Shown piece after piece: positions 9,770 to 19,420 of a DNA stretch of 64,000 nt. This stretch comes from an uncultured delta proteobacterium (GTDB lineage Bacteria > Myxococcota_A > Polyangia > Fen-1088), in assembly GCA_963767925.1 (NCBI GenBank), contig CAVYGB010000002.1:928001-992000 (forward strand), given 5' to 3'. The notes below the pieces were generated by a model, which was not told the origin of the DNA, did no database searches, and worked only from the letters and a program-made list of their open reading frames with translations. A program made the position numbers and the translations under genes. Numbering within the stretch: position 1 is the stretch's first letter; the number at the start of each line of letters is the position of its first letter.

Positions 9770-10022
9770 GTGGGCTCCTTGTCCTTGTCGGGTCCTTCTC
9801 GGGAAGCGGGGCGTAGATTAACGCCAGCCGAGGGGGCGGCCGGGGATCCTTTTTCACCGTCCGTGACCCGCCGCAATTTCCGGAAAGGTTCCCGGCGCGA
9901 GGGGCGGGAGCCAGTCCGAGGACATGGGCAGAGCCATCTTGCGGTGGAGCGGCGCGGCTGGCGCGGACATGGTGACAGCGGGGTCCGCTCGTGTAAAACA
10001 GCGACCGAAAGAGGCCTGGAAC

Positions 10023-11234
10023 GTGGCAAGAACGCAGCACGACCTGGTGATCGTCGGGGGCGGGCCGGCCGGCCTGTCCCTGGCGCTGCATCTGGCCCAG
10101 CACGCCCCGACGCTGGCCGAGCGGACCGTCGTCCTCGAGCGGGCGCGTTATCCGCGGGAGAAATATTGCGCGGGGGCGATCGGGGCGCGGGGCCTGCGCT
10201 GCCTCGACGCGATCGGGGCGCGGCCCGACGTGCCGATGTTGCCGATCGACGCGGTCGACTTCGCCTTCGGGGGGCGCACGCACACCGTGCGCCTGCCCGG
10301 GCTGGGGGTTGTCGTGCGCCGCATCGCCTTCGACCACGCGCTGGCCCGGCTGGCGGTGGCGCGGGGGATCGACCTGCGCGAAGAGGCGGAGGTGCGCTCG
10401 GTCGAGCTGCACGACGCGGGGGCGCGCGTGCACCTGGCCAGCGGCGAGGTCCTGCACGCCCGGGCGGTGGCCGGCGCCGACGGCGTGCGGGGCGTGACCC
10501 GACGGACGACCGGGTTCTCGCGGGGACGGCTGCGCGCGCAGGTTGTCGAGGTCGACACCGAGCGGGTGGCCGGCGATCCGGCGGCCGACACGCTGCTCTT
10601 CGACTTCTCCGACCAGGGCATGGTCGGGTACGTCTGGGACTTTCCCACGCTCGTCGACGGGCGCTCGATGATCTGCCGGGGGGCCTACGTCGTGGGGGGC
10701 GACCCGCTCGGGCCCCGGGCCCACCTCGAGCGGCACCTGGCCCGCAAGGGGCTCGACATCGGGAAGTACAAGGTCAAGCCCTTCGCCGAGCGGGGGCTCG
10801 ACCGCCGCGAGCCGATCGCGCGCCCGCACCTGCTGCTGGTGGGGGAGGCGGCCGGCATCGACATCTCCACCGGCGAGGGCATCGCCCAGGGGCTGCGCTT
10901 CGGGGCCCAGGCCGCCCGCTACCTGGCCGAGCGGTTCGCGCGCGACGACCTCGGCTTCGCCGACTGGCAGCCACAGCTCCTGGCCAGCGAGGAGGGGCGC
11001 CTGGTGCACCACCGCCACCTCGTCGCCCGCTTCCTGTTCGGCGACCAGCGCCCGCACATCGAGCGGCTGGGCCACCTCAACCCGGCCCTCATGGAGATCG
11101 GCGTGCGCCGCTTTGCCGGACGGCACACCCCCCGGCGCCTGGCCCTGTCCGCCGCCCTCGGCGTCGCCCGCTGGTCGCTCGGCGGCGGCGCCCGCGCGCT
11201 GGCCCGCTCCAGCGGCCACCCGCCCGGCCTGTAG
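10023..11234 (+). CDS. FAD-dependent oxidoreductase (geranylgeranyl reductase-like)
   Basis: VGGGPAG, ERARYPREKYCAG, GADG, VGEAAGID..TGEGI. Confidence 0.85.
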   Translation: MARTQHDLVIVGGGPAGLSLALHLAQHAPTLAERTVVLERARYPREKYCAGAIGARGLRCLDAIGARPDVPMLPIDAVDFAFGGRTHTVRLPGLGVVVRRIAFDHALARLAVARGIDLREEAEVRSVELHDAGARVHLASGEVLHARAVAGADGVRGVTRRTTGFSRGRLRAQVVEVDTERVAGDPAADTLLFDFSDQGMVGYVWDFPTLVDGRSMICRGAYVVGGDPLGPRAHLERHLARKGLDIGKYKVKPFAERGLDRREPIARPHLLLVGEAAGIDISTGEGIAQGLRFGAQAARYLAERFARDDLGFADWQPQLLASEEGRLVHHRHLVARFLFGDQRPHIERLGHLNPALMEIGVRRFAGRHTPRRLALSAALGVARWSLGGGARALARSSGHPPGL

Positions 11235-11249
11235 CGGGCCGTGGATGAA

Positions 11250-11329
11250 GTGACGTTGTCGTCCGCCTTGGCGACGAACTCGATTCCCGCCTGGTACACG
11301 TCCAGCTTCTCGTGATCGAAATGGCCCAT
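11250..11329 (-). pseudogene. 5' remnant of a four-helix-bundle (23S rRNA IVP-like) gene
   Basis: MGHFDHEKLDVYQAGIEFVAKADD resembles the typical N-terminus of the family; similarity is lost after about 25 codons. Confidence 0.7.
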
Positions 11330-11361
11330 TCCCTGTTTTCGGCCAGCGCCTTCTCAGGTTG

Positions 11362-11412
11362 CGGGTACGGGGCACGGGTCCGGGAACGGGAACGGGAACG
11401 GGAACGGGAACG
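11362..11412. repeat. Hexamer tandem repeat (CGGGAA)5 plus degenerate units
   Basis: CGGGTA CGGGGCA CGGGTC followed by (CGGGAA)x5. Confidence 0.9.
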
Positions 11413-11572
11413 ATCGGGGCCAGACACCCTGTTCGCGGCGTCTCGACGGCGGCGCCCCGCTGGTGAATAATCCCGGCTAGGGTCGCTGCCGCGGCGGGGC
11501 GCGACGCCCCCCGCCAGAGGGGGCGCGCTTTCCCTCCCCGCGGCGACCGGGCTGAGGCATTCTCTGCGCCCC

Positions 11573-12628
11573 ATGGCCCGTCACAAGATCGCCCTCATCC
11601 CGGGCGACGGCATCGGCACCGAGGTGGTCCCCGAGGGGGTGCGCGTGCTCGAGGCCGCCGCCCGCAAGTTCGACCTGAGCTTCGACTGGCTGGAGCTGCC
11701 CTGGAGCTGCCAGTATTACGCCCGCCACGGGCGGATGATGCCCGAGGACGGCTTCGACCAGATCCGCCACCACGACGCCATCTACCTCGGCGCGGTCGGG
11801 TTTCCGGGGGTGCCGGATCACGTGTCGCTGTGGGGGCTGCTGATCCCGATCCGGCGGCGGTTCGAGCAATACGTGAACCTGCGGCCGGTGAACCTGTTTC
11901 CCGGCATCACCTCGCCGCTGGCCGGGCGCAAGCCGGGGGACATCGACTTTTACGTGGTCCGCGAGAACAACGAGGGGGAATACTCCTCGATCGGCGGGCG
12001 GCTGTACGAGGGCACCGACCACGAGATGGTGGTGCAGCAGACGGTGTTCACCCGGCGGGGCGTCGACCGCATCCTGCGCTACGCCTTCGAGCTGGCCCGC
12101 AGCCGCCCCAAGAAACACCTCACCTCCGCCACCAAGTCCAACGGCATCGCCATCACGATGCCCTTCTGGGACGAGCGGTTCAAGGCGATCGCCGCCGAAT
12201 ACCCCGACGTGCGGGTCGACCAGTACCACGTCGACATCCTCACCGCGCACTTCGTGCAGCACCCCGACTGGTTCGACGTTGTGGTGGGGTCGAACCTGTT
12301 CGGCGACATCCTGTCGGACCTGGGGCCGGCCGTGTGCGGGACCATCGGCATCGCCCCCTCGGCCAACCTGAACCCGGAGCGGGAGTACCCCTCGATGTTC
12401 GAGCCGGTGCACGGGTCGGCGCCCGACATTGCGGGCAAGGGGATCGCCAACCCGATCGGGCAGATCTGGTCGGGGGCGCTGATGCTCGAGCACCTGGGGC
12501 ACCCTCAGGCGGCCGCCGCGGTGATGGCCGCCATCGCCCACGTGGTGAAGGAGGGGCCGCGCACGCCCGACATGGGCGGCAAGGCCAGCACCCGGGAGCT
12601 GGGCGAGGCGATCGCGCGCGCGGTCTGA
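11573..12628 (+). CDS. ttuC: Tartrate dehydrogenase/decarboxylase (D-malate dehydrogenase type)
   Basis: GDGIGTEV, VPDHVSLWGLLIPIRR, RENNEGEYS, SATKSNG, FEPVHGSAPDIAG. Confidence 0.9.
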   Translation: MARHKIALIPGDGIGTEVVPEGVRVLEAAARKFDLSFDWLELPWSCQYYARHGRMMPEDGFDQIRHHDAIYLGAVGFPGVPDHVSLWGLLIPIRRRFEQYVNLRPVNLFPGITSPLAGRKPGDIDFYVVRENNEGEYSSIGGRLYEGTDHEMVVQQTVFTRRGVDRILRYAFELARSRPKKHLTSATKSNGIAITMPFWDERFKAIAAEYPDVRVDQYHVDILTAHFVQHPDWFDVVVGSNLFGDILSDLGPAVCGTIGIAPSANLNPEREYPSMFEPVHGSAPDIAGKGIANPIGQIWSGALMLEHLGHPQAAAAVMAAIAHVVKEGPRTPDMGGKASTRELGEAIARAV

Positions 12629-12634
12629 CCCGCC

Positions 12635-14122
12635 ATGATCGAGGCGGGCGAGCCGGCGGGCCGGCAAGACGGCGGTGACGGCGGCGGGATCAGCGCCCTG
12701 AAGCTGGGGCTGCCCCTGGCGGCGGGCCTGCTGCTGGTGGCGCTGCCCGCGCCGGCCGGGCTGACCGTCGAGGCCTGGCGCTTCTTCGCCCTGTTCGTGG
12801 CGGTGGTGCTGGCGATGATCACCGAGCCGCTGCCGGCGGGCGCGGTCGGCCTGCTGGGGGTGACGGTGGCCTCGGTGCTGGGGCTGGTCGGCAAGACCTC
12901 GAACGAGTCGGTGCGCTGGGCGCTGTCGGGCTTCGCCGACCCGACGGTCTGGCTGATCTTCGGGGCCTTCGTGTTCGCCACCGGCTACGAGCAGACGGGG
13001 CTGGGGCGGCGGATCGCGCTGGTCCTGGTCAAGCGGCTCGGAGGCCGCACCCTGGGGCTGGGCTACGCCATCGCCCTCACCGACCTGGCGCTGGCCCCCT
13101 TCACCCCCTCGAACACCGGGCGCAGCGCGGGGATCATCTTCCCCATCGTGCGCGGGCTGCCCGAGCTGTACGGGTCGACGCCTGGCCCCACCGCCCGCCG
13201 CATCGGCGCCTACCTGATGTGGACCAGCTTCGCCGCCACGGCGGTGACCAGCTCGATGTTCCTCACGGCGTCGGCCCCCAACCCGCTGGCCCTGTCGATC
13301 GTGAAGAAGACGGTCGGGCTGGCGCCGAGCTGGAGCACCTGGTTCCTGGGGTTCCTGCCGATCGGCCTGCTGCTGCTGGCCCTGGTTCCGCTGCTGACCT
13401 ACCTGATCTATCCGCCCGGGATCCGCATCAGCCGGGAGGTGCCGGCCTGGGCCGGGCAGGAGCTGGCGCGCATGGGGCCGCTGTCCCGGGGCGAGCTCAC
13501 CATGGCGGCGCTGGTGCTGCTGGCCCTCGGGCTCTGGATCTTCGGGGGCGAGCGGATCCACGCCACCCAGACCGTGCTGATCGTCGTGGGGCTGCTGCTC
13601 GCCCTCCGGGTGGTGAAGTGGGATCAGCTCCTGGGGCAGCGGGGGGCCTGGAACGTCCTCATCTGGTTCGCGACGCTGCTGACCCTCGCCGACGGCCTGT
13701 CCCGGGTGGGGTTCGTGGCCTGGATGGCGCCGCGGGCGGCGGCCGTGCTGCAGCCGCTGCCGCTGCCGCTCGTGCTGGCGGCGTTCGTCCTGCTGTTCTT
13801 CTTCTCGCACTACCTGTTCGCCAGCCTGGTGGCCCACACGACCGCCCTGCTGCCGGTGGTGCTGGCGGCGGCGCTGGCCCTGCCGGGCGTGCCCCTGCCG
13901 AAGCTGACCCTGCTGCTCTGCTATTCGATCGGGCTGATGGGGGTGCTGCACCCCTACGCCACCGGGCCGGCGGTCGTGTACTTCGGCAGCGGGTTCATCT
14001 CCCGGCGGGCCTTCTGGCTGCTGGGCCTGGTGTTCGGGACGATCTTCATCGTGGCGCTCGTGGTGCTCGGCAACCTCTGGCTGGGGATCGCGCCGATCGC
14101 GGTCGAGCCGGCGCAACCCTAG
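12635..14122 (+). CDS. DASS family dicarboxylate antiporter (CitT/TtdT-like)
   Basis: GLGRRIAL, LAPFTPSNTGRSAG, TSSMFLTASAPN, PYATGP; many TM helices. Confidence 0.88.
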   Translation: MIEAGEPAGRQDGGDGGGISALKLGLPLAAGLLLVALPAPAGLTVEAWRFFALFVAVVLAMITEPLPAGAVGLLGVTVASVLGLVGKTSNESVRWALSGFADPTVWLIFGAFVFATGYEQTGLGRRIALVLVKRLGGRTLGLGYAIALTDLALAPFTPSNTGRSAGIIFPIVRGLPELYGSTPGPTARRIGAYLMWTSFAATAVTSSMFLTASAPNPLALSIVKKTVGLAPSWSTWFLGFLPIGLLLLALVPLLTYLIYPPGIRISREVPAWAGQELARMGPLSRGELTMAALVLLALGLWIFGGERIHATQTVLIVVGLLLALRVVKWDQLLGQRGAWNVLIWFATLLTLADGLSRVGFVAWMAPRAAAVLQPLPLPLVLAAFVLLFFFSHYLFASLVAHTTALLPVVLAAALALPGVPLPKLTLLLCYSIGLMGVLHPYATGPAVVYFGSGFISRRAFWLLGLVFGTIFIVALVVLGNLWLGIAPIAVEPAQP

Positions 14123-14131
14123 GCGGGCGCC

Positions 14132-14397
14132 GATGCCGCGCGCGCACGCTGGCGCTGTTCGCCGCGGTCTTCGGCGGGTCCCCCAGCGGCAGCGGTGACC
14201 GTGCGGCCGCTGCCGGCGCCGGCCTGCACCTTCGGCGAGGTGCCCATCAGCTTGCTGGCCGCCGCCGGGGAGCGCGGGGCGCTGGGCGCGCAGGTGTACA
14301 CGATCGAGGAGGCGCGCTCCCGGCGGGGGCGGAACGTGACCCTGGCGGCGGGTCGCTGCTGGCCGAGCAGTGGGCGGTCTACGATTCGTCGCCCTGA
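14132..14397 (+). pseudogene. Degenerate remnant of a secreted-protein gene
   Basis: Signal-peptide-like RARTLALFAAVFGG and coding-like segments spread over shifting frames. Confidence 0.3.
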
Positions 14398-14484
14398 TCT
14401 TCGGGCACCACGATTTACGATTCGCTGCTCCAGCCCGCCGTCGCGGCGATCCCGCGGTTAGAGTGAGCCGCTGAAACCTGTGAA

Positions 14485-14860
14485 TTACGCACGAGAGGCA
14501 GCGTTGAAGGCAATCAGCGCACAGGCGAGCCGAACGAAGGCTAAGTAATTCTCGGCTTTGCGTTCCCAGCGGATGAGAAGACCTCGATATCGGTTGTGCC
14601 AGCTGTTGGTGCGCTCGACCACCCAGCGTCGCGGCCTACCGTGAACACAGCCGACCAGTGGTGGTTCGCCTCGCCGGCGGATGTGAGGAACGATTCGACG
14701 GCGGCGAACCTCCTGCTCACAGTCGGCGTAGTCGTAGCCTTTGTCGAGGCACAAGTTCTTGGGGCGACGTGGACCACGAGGGCCCCGCAGGACCATGGCA
14801 TCCAGGGTCTGGCCCACCATCCACTTGTCGTGCACGTTCGCCCCTGTGATGGTGACGGTT
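14485..14860 (-). pseudogene. 3' part of an IS5 DDE transposase
   Basis: ITGANVHD, LCLDKGYD, RWVVERTNSW, RWERK motifs; the 5' portion is absent. Confidence 0.88.
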
Positions 14861-14955
14861 TCGTGTCCGTGTGTGGTGAGCGTGTTCGGCCCGCGGGCCT
14901 CGGCTCGCGTGATTTACGCGCACCGAGAGCCGCCTGGCCGCTCAACGCTCGCCCC

Positions 14956-15004
14956 ACACGAACTCGAACACGAACACGCGCTCGAACACGCCCACGAGCA
15001 CGCG
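14956..15004. repeat. Degenerate hexamer array (CACGNN/CTCGAA) inside the IS
   Basis: CACGAA CTCGAA CACGAA CACGCG CTCGAA CACGCC CACGAG CACGCG; opposite-sense units at ~14859-14888. Confidence 0.75.
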
Positions 15005-15145
15005 TCCCGGCCTCGATACCTCGTTTCGCCCATCGGCGCAAATTCTCCACAGGTTTCAGCGGCTGGCTCTTAGCCGCCGAGTAACGGGACCGGACCGTTG
15101 CTCCTCCCTACAACGCCCGCATGAACCGCGCCTGCCCTCGACCTG

Positions 15146-16792
15146 TCAGCGGGGCGGGCGGGTGAGGAGGGTGCCGGGGCGGGTGGGGGTGGGGCGGCCC
15201 TGGGTGAGGACGGGGTGGCCGTTGATGAGGACGTGGGCGATGCCGGTGGGGTAGCGCTGGGGGCGCGGGTAGGTGGCGGTGTCGGTGATGTGGCGAGGGT
15301 CGAAGATGGTGAGGTCGGCCCAGTGGTCGGGGCGGACCAGGCCGCGGTCGGTGAGGCCGACCTTGGCGGCGTTGGCGGAGGTCATCTTGCGGATGGCCTC
15401 TTCCAGGGAGAGGAGCTTCTGCTCGCGCACGTAGCGGGCGAGGACGCGGGGGAAGGTGCCGAAGGCGCGGGGGTGGGGGCGGCCGGCGGCGAGGGGGCCG
15501 GCGGTGGCGAGGGCGCTGGCGGACGAGCCGACCGAGACGAAGGGCCGGGCCAGGGCGGCGGTCATGTCGGGCTCGGTGTGGTGAAAGTAGACGGTGGTGA
15601 TGCTGCCGGCGTTGGCCAGCAGCAGGTCGAACAGCACGTCGGTCGGCTTGCCACCGAGGGTGGCGATGACCTCGCTCATGCGTTTGCCTTCGAAGCGGCG
15701 GTGGGCGGGGGCGCTCAGGGCGACGAGCAACATGCCCTCCCAGCTCCCGATGGCGGTGAGGTGGTTGTACCAGCCGGGCAAGCCCTCGAGCACGTCGCGC
15801 TCGAGGCGCGGCCGCAGGCTGGGGTCGCGCAGGCGGGCCAGCATGGCGGCGGTGCCGCCCTCCTGGGCCCAGGGCGGGATGAGGGCGGCGAGGTTGGCCT
15901 GGCCGGCGTGGTAGGGGTAGACGTTCGCCTGCACGTCGACGCCGCGGGCGCGGGCCGCTGCCAGGCGGGCGAGCACCTCGGGCATCTGGCCCCAGAGGCG
16001 ACGCTCGGCGATCTTCAGGTGCAGGATCTCGACCGGGACGCCGGCGCGCCGGCCGATCTCCAGGGCCTCGTCGAGGGCGGCGAAGACGCCCTCCCCTTCG
16101 CTGCGCAGGTGGGCGGCGTAGAGGCCGCCGAAGGGGGCGGCTGCGCGACACATCGCCACCAGGGTGTCGGTGTCGATGAAGCTGCCAGGGGGCGCGCTCA
16201 GCCAGGTCGACACGCCGAGGGCGCCCTGCTCCATGGCCGTCTTCACCAGGGCCTGCATCTGCCCCTGCTCGGCGGCGCTGGCCGGGCCGGCGCGCGGGCC
16301 GTGCACCTGGGCCCATACCTGGCTGGCGTTCACGAGCGTGCCGACGTTCGGCACGATCCCGTCTCGCAGCAGGCGGGCGAAGAAGTCCCGCAGCTCCGGG
16401 AAGGCCGGGCTGGGGGCGCCCGATCCGGCCTCGCCGAGGATCAGCGAGGTCACGCCCTGCCGGACCATGCTCTCGGCCCGCCCGTCGACAAGCAAGGCCT
16501 CGCCGGCGTGGCTGCCGATGTCGATGAAGCCGGGCGCCACCACCAGCCCCGTGGCGTCGAGGGTGCGCCCGGCGGTCTTGCCCGCCAGCCGCCCGAGGGC
16601 GACGATCTTGCCCCCGCGGATCCCGACGTCGGCGACGAACGCGGGGTTCCCGGTCCCGTCGACGATGCGCCCCCCGCGGACGAGGAGGTCGAAGTCCGTC
16701 GCGCCGGCCGCCGCCGACGCCGGTCGCGGGAGCGCCAGCGCCACGACCATCCCCAGGCCCATCGAGAGGAGCGACCGCTGTGCGCCTGTCAT
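15146..16792 (-). CDS. Secreted N-acyl-D-amino-acid deacylase-like amidohydrolase with an altered active site
   Basis: Signal peptide, GGRIVDGTGNP, PGFID, HLRSEG, HLK, HPRAFGTFPR, RKMTS. Confidence 0.85.
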   Translation of the reverse strand: MTGAQRSLLSMGLGMVVALALPRPASAAAGATDFDLLVRGGRIVDGTGNPAFVADVGIRGGKIVALGRLAGKTAGRTLDATGLVVAPGFIDIGSHAGEALLVDGRAESMVRQGVTSLILGEAGSGAPSPAFPELRDFFARLLRDGIVPNVGTLVNASQVWAQVHGPRAGPASAAEQGQMQALVKTAMEQGALGVSTWLSAPPGSFIDTDTLVAMCRAAAPFGGLYAAHLRSEGEGVFAALDEALEIGRRAGVPVEILHLKIAERRLWGQMPEVLARLAAARARGVDVQANVYPYHAGQANLAALIPPWAQEGGTAAMLARLRDPSLRPRLERDVLEGLPGWYNHLTAIGSWEGMLLVALSAPAHRRFEGKRMSEVIATLGGKPTDVLFDLLLANAGSITTVYFHHTEPDMTAALARPFVSVGSSASALATAGPLAAGRPHPRAFGTFPRVLARYVREQKLLSLEEAIRKMTSANAAKVGLTDRGLVRPDHWADLTIFDPRHITDTATYPRPQRYPTGIAHVLINGHPVLTQGRPTPTRPGTLLTRPPR

Positions 16793-16980
16793 GACCACCG
16801 GGGACCGTACCACGCCTCCCCCCTCCCCAACGCCTCGCCCACCCGCTCGAGGACGAGGAGCGACGTCATGGCGAAGGCGAGCCAGGGCGGCGCCCGCTCG
16901 AGCAGCGGCCGGAGGCGGGGGCCGGCCCGGGCGGAAGCAACCGCCAGCGCCACCTCCGCCCGCTCGAAGGCCTGATCGGT

Positions 16981-19278
16981 TCAGGCCGGGGGGGTGGGGC
17001 TGCCGTTGCGGCCCTGGACCCGGTCCATCACCTCGGCCTGGGCGCTGCGGTGGACCTGGCCGCCGGGGGTGGGACGGCGGGCGTAGAGGCCATCCTGGGA
17101 CATCTCGTAGGCGCAGCCGCGATCGGCGCGCAGCGGCCCGATCACCTCCTGCCGGATCTGGTCGCGCAGCCGCTCGGCTTCGACCGGGAACAGCACCTCG
17201 ACCCGGCGCTCGAGGTTGCGCGGCATCCAGTCGGCGGAGGAGAGGAAAAAGCTCTCCCGTCCCGCCGCCCCGAAGACGAAGACCCGCTCGTGCTCGAGGA
17301 AGCGCCCCAGCACGGAGATCACCCGGATGTTGTCGGAGACCCCCGGCACGCCCGGGCGCAGACAGCAGATCCCGCGCACGCACAGCTCGATCGGCACCCC
17401 CGCCTGCGAGGCCCGGTAGAGGGCCTGGATGACCCGCACGTCGACCAGGGAGTTCATCTTGGCGAAGATGCCCGCGGGCCGGCCGGCCCGGGCCAGCTCG
17501 GCCTGCTGCTCGATGTGCCCGAGGATGCTCTCGGCCATGCCGGTGGGGGCCACCGCCAGCTTGCGGTAGCCGGTCTTCTTGCAGAACCCGGACAGGCCGT
17601 TGAACACCTCGGCCACGTCCTCGCCGATCTGACGGTCGGCGGTGAACAGCCCCAGATCGGTGTACAGGCGGGCGGTGCTGGCGTTGTAGTTGCCGGTGCC
17701 GAGGTGCACGTAGCGCTGCACGCCCTGGCCCTCCCGCCGCACCACCAGCACCATCTTTGCGTGCGTCTTCAGGGCGGCGTCCCCGTAAAAGACGTGGGCC
17801 CCGGCGTGCTCCAGGGTGCGGGCCCAGAGGATGTTGTTCTCCTCGTCGAAGCGGGCCTTGAGCTCGATCGAGACGGCGACCTCCTTGCGGTTCTCGGCCG
17901 CCCGCACCAGCGCCTTGATCGCCTCGGAGTTGGAGCCGGCCCGGTAGATCGTCATCTTGATGGCCAGCACCTGGGGGTCCTCGGCGGCCTGGCGGAGCAA
18001 GTCCAGCACCGGCGTGAACGAGTCGTAGGGGTGGTGCAGGAGGATGTCCTCCTTGCGGATGGCGGCGAACAGGTCGGCGACGTCGCGCAGCTCGAGCGGC
18101 AGGCGGGGGGTCAAGGGGGGGTCGCGCAGGTCGGGGCGGGGCAAGGTCGCCACCGCCATGAGGGCGGCCAGGCCCAGCGGACCGCTCGAGTCGTAGACGT
18201 CCTCGTCGTCGATCTCCAGCTTCTGCTTCAGCAGGCGGCGCATGCGGTCGGGGATGCCGCCGTCGATCTCCAGGCGGACGCAGGCCCCGAAGCGGCGGCG
18301 CCGCACCTCCCGGTCGACGATGGATAGCAGGTCCTGCGCCTCCTCCTCGATCTCGAGGTCCATGTCCCGGGTGACCCGGAAGGGGAAGCAGGCGATGATC
18401 TCCATCCCCGGAAACAGGTCCTCGAGGTTGGCGGCGATGAGCTGCTCGAGCGGCAGCAGGTCGTAGGCCCCGTCGGCGGAGGCGGGGGCGGGCGGGCCCT
18501 CGGCCGGGCCCAGGGTGCCGAGGTTGACGAAGCGGGGCAGGCTCTCGGGGACCTTGACCCGGGCGAACTTGCTCTCGCCGGTCTCGGGGTCGCGCGCCTC
18601 GATCGCCAGGGAGAGCGACAGGTTGGAGATGAAGGGGAAGGGGTGGCCGGGGTCGACGGCCAGCGGGGTGAGCACCGGGAAGACCGCGCGCCGGTAATAC
18701 TGGCAGGCCAGCTTCCTGGTCTCGGGGGGCAGCGTCTCCCAGTCGCGGATGTGGATGCGCTGCTGGGCCAGGGCCGGCAGGAGCTGGCTGGTGAACAGCC
18801 GGGTGGCGGTGTCCACCATGCGCCGGGTGGCCTGGGCGATGCGGTTGAGCTGGTCGCGCGGGCTCAGGCCGTCGGCGGTGTTGTCGACGACCGCCGCCTC
18901 GAGCTGCTCGTGCAGGCCCGAGACGCGGATCATGAAGAACTCGTCGAGGTTCGAGAAGAAGATCGCCAGGAACTTGACCCGCTCGAGCAGCGGCCAGCGC
19001 TCGAGCAGCGCCTCCTCGAGCACGCGCTCGTTGAAGCTGAGCCAGGAGACCTGGCGGTTGATGTACAGGGCGGGGTCGGAGAGATCCGGCGGGGCGGCGT
19101 CCTTCTCGACGGCGGGCCTGGCCGACTCGGTCTTCACCGACTCGGTCTTCACCGGCTCGGGGGCGGGCGGGCGAGGCGCGCGGCCGGCCGGCTTGCTCGC
19201 GCTGCTGGACGAGGCGGCAGGCGGGGCGGAGGACGTGGCGGCTGAGGCGGCGGGCGAGGAGGACGCGGGCTTGGACAT
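16981..19278 (-). CDS. ppk1: Polyphosphate kinase 1
   Basis: SWLSFNERVL, NLDEFFMIRV, DPGHPFPFISN, LHHPYDSF, ELKARFDEENN, KTHAK, GTGNYN, FLEHER, SADWMPRN. Confidence 0.96.
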   Translation of the reverse strand: MSKPASSSPAASAATSSAPPAASSSSASKPAGRAPRPPAPEPVKTESVKTESARPAVEKDAAPPDLSDPALYINRQVSWLSFNERVLEEALLERWPLLERVKFLAIFFSNLDEFFMIRVSGLHEQLEAAVVDNTADGLSPRDQLNRIAQATRRMVDTATRLFTSQLLPALAQQRIHIRDWETLPPETRKLACQYYRRAVFPVLTPLAVDPGHPFPFISNLSLSLAIEARDPETGESKFARVKVPESLPRFVNLGTLGPAEGPPAPASADGAYDLLPLEQLIAANLEDLFPGMEIIACFPFRVTRDMDLEIEEEAQDLLSIVDREVRRRRFGACVRLEIDGGIPDRMRRLLKQKLEIDDEDVYDSSGPLGLAALMAVATLPRPDLRDPPLTPRLPLELRDVADLFAAIRKEDILLHHPYDSFTPVLDLLRQAAEDPQVLAIKMTIYRAGSNSEAIKALVRAAENRKEVAVSIELKARFDEENNILWARTLEHAGAHVFYGDAALKTHAKMVLVVRREGQGVQRYVHLGTGNYNASTARLYTDLGLFTADRQIGEDVAEVFNGLSGFCKKTGYRKLAVAPTGMAESILGHIEQQAELARAGRPAGIFAKMNSLVDVRVIQALYRASQAGVPIELCVRGICCLRPGVPGVSDNIRVISVLGRFLEHERVFVFGAAGRESFFLSSADWMPRNLERRVEVLFPVEAERLRDQIRQEVIGPLRADRGCAYEMSQDGLYARRPTPGGQVHRSAQAEVMDRVQGRNGSPTPPA

Positions 19279-19420
19279 CGGCGGCACCAGTCGCAGGCTA
19301 GCAGCCGCTGGCGCCGGCCCTGTGGGGCGGTTCGGCAACAAAGGGGCAGTCCCGTCCGGACCACGCCCGAGCGCGCGGCCCAGGTGAAGCGGCGCGCCTG
19401 CCGCTCGGGGGGCGGGCGGG

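Larger units (their letters stand above)
14461..15069 (-). mobile_element. Internally deleted IS5-family element, 609 bp
   Basis: 22-bp TIRs GAGTGAGCCGCTGAAACCTGTG (14461-14482) and CACAGGTTTCAGCGGCTGGCTC (15048-15069), 2 mismatches; TTA duplicated at 14458-14460 and 15070-15072. Confidence 0.9.

Noticed and set aside
6923..9900. Very long + strand ORFs (e.g. 1441 aa, 940 aa) as overlapping genes
   Set aside because: Antisense shadows of real genes, expected at this GC content.
11573..14122. Tartrate dehydrogenase plus DASS transporter as a novel system
   Set aside because: Ordinary catabolic pairing of known families.
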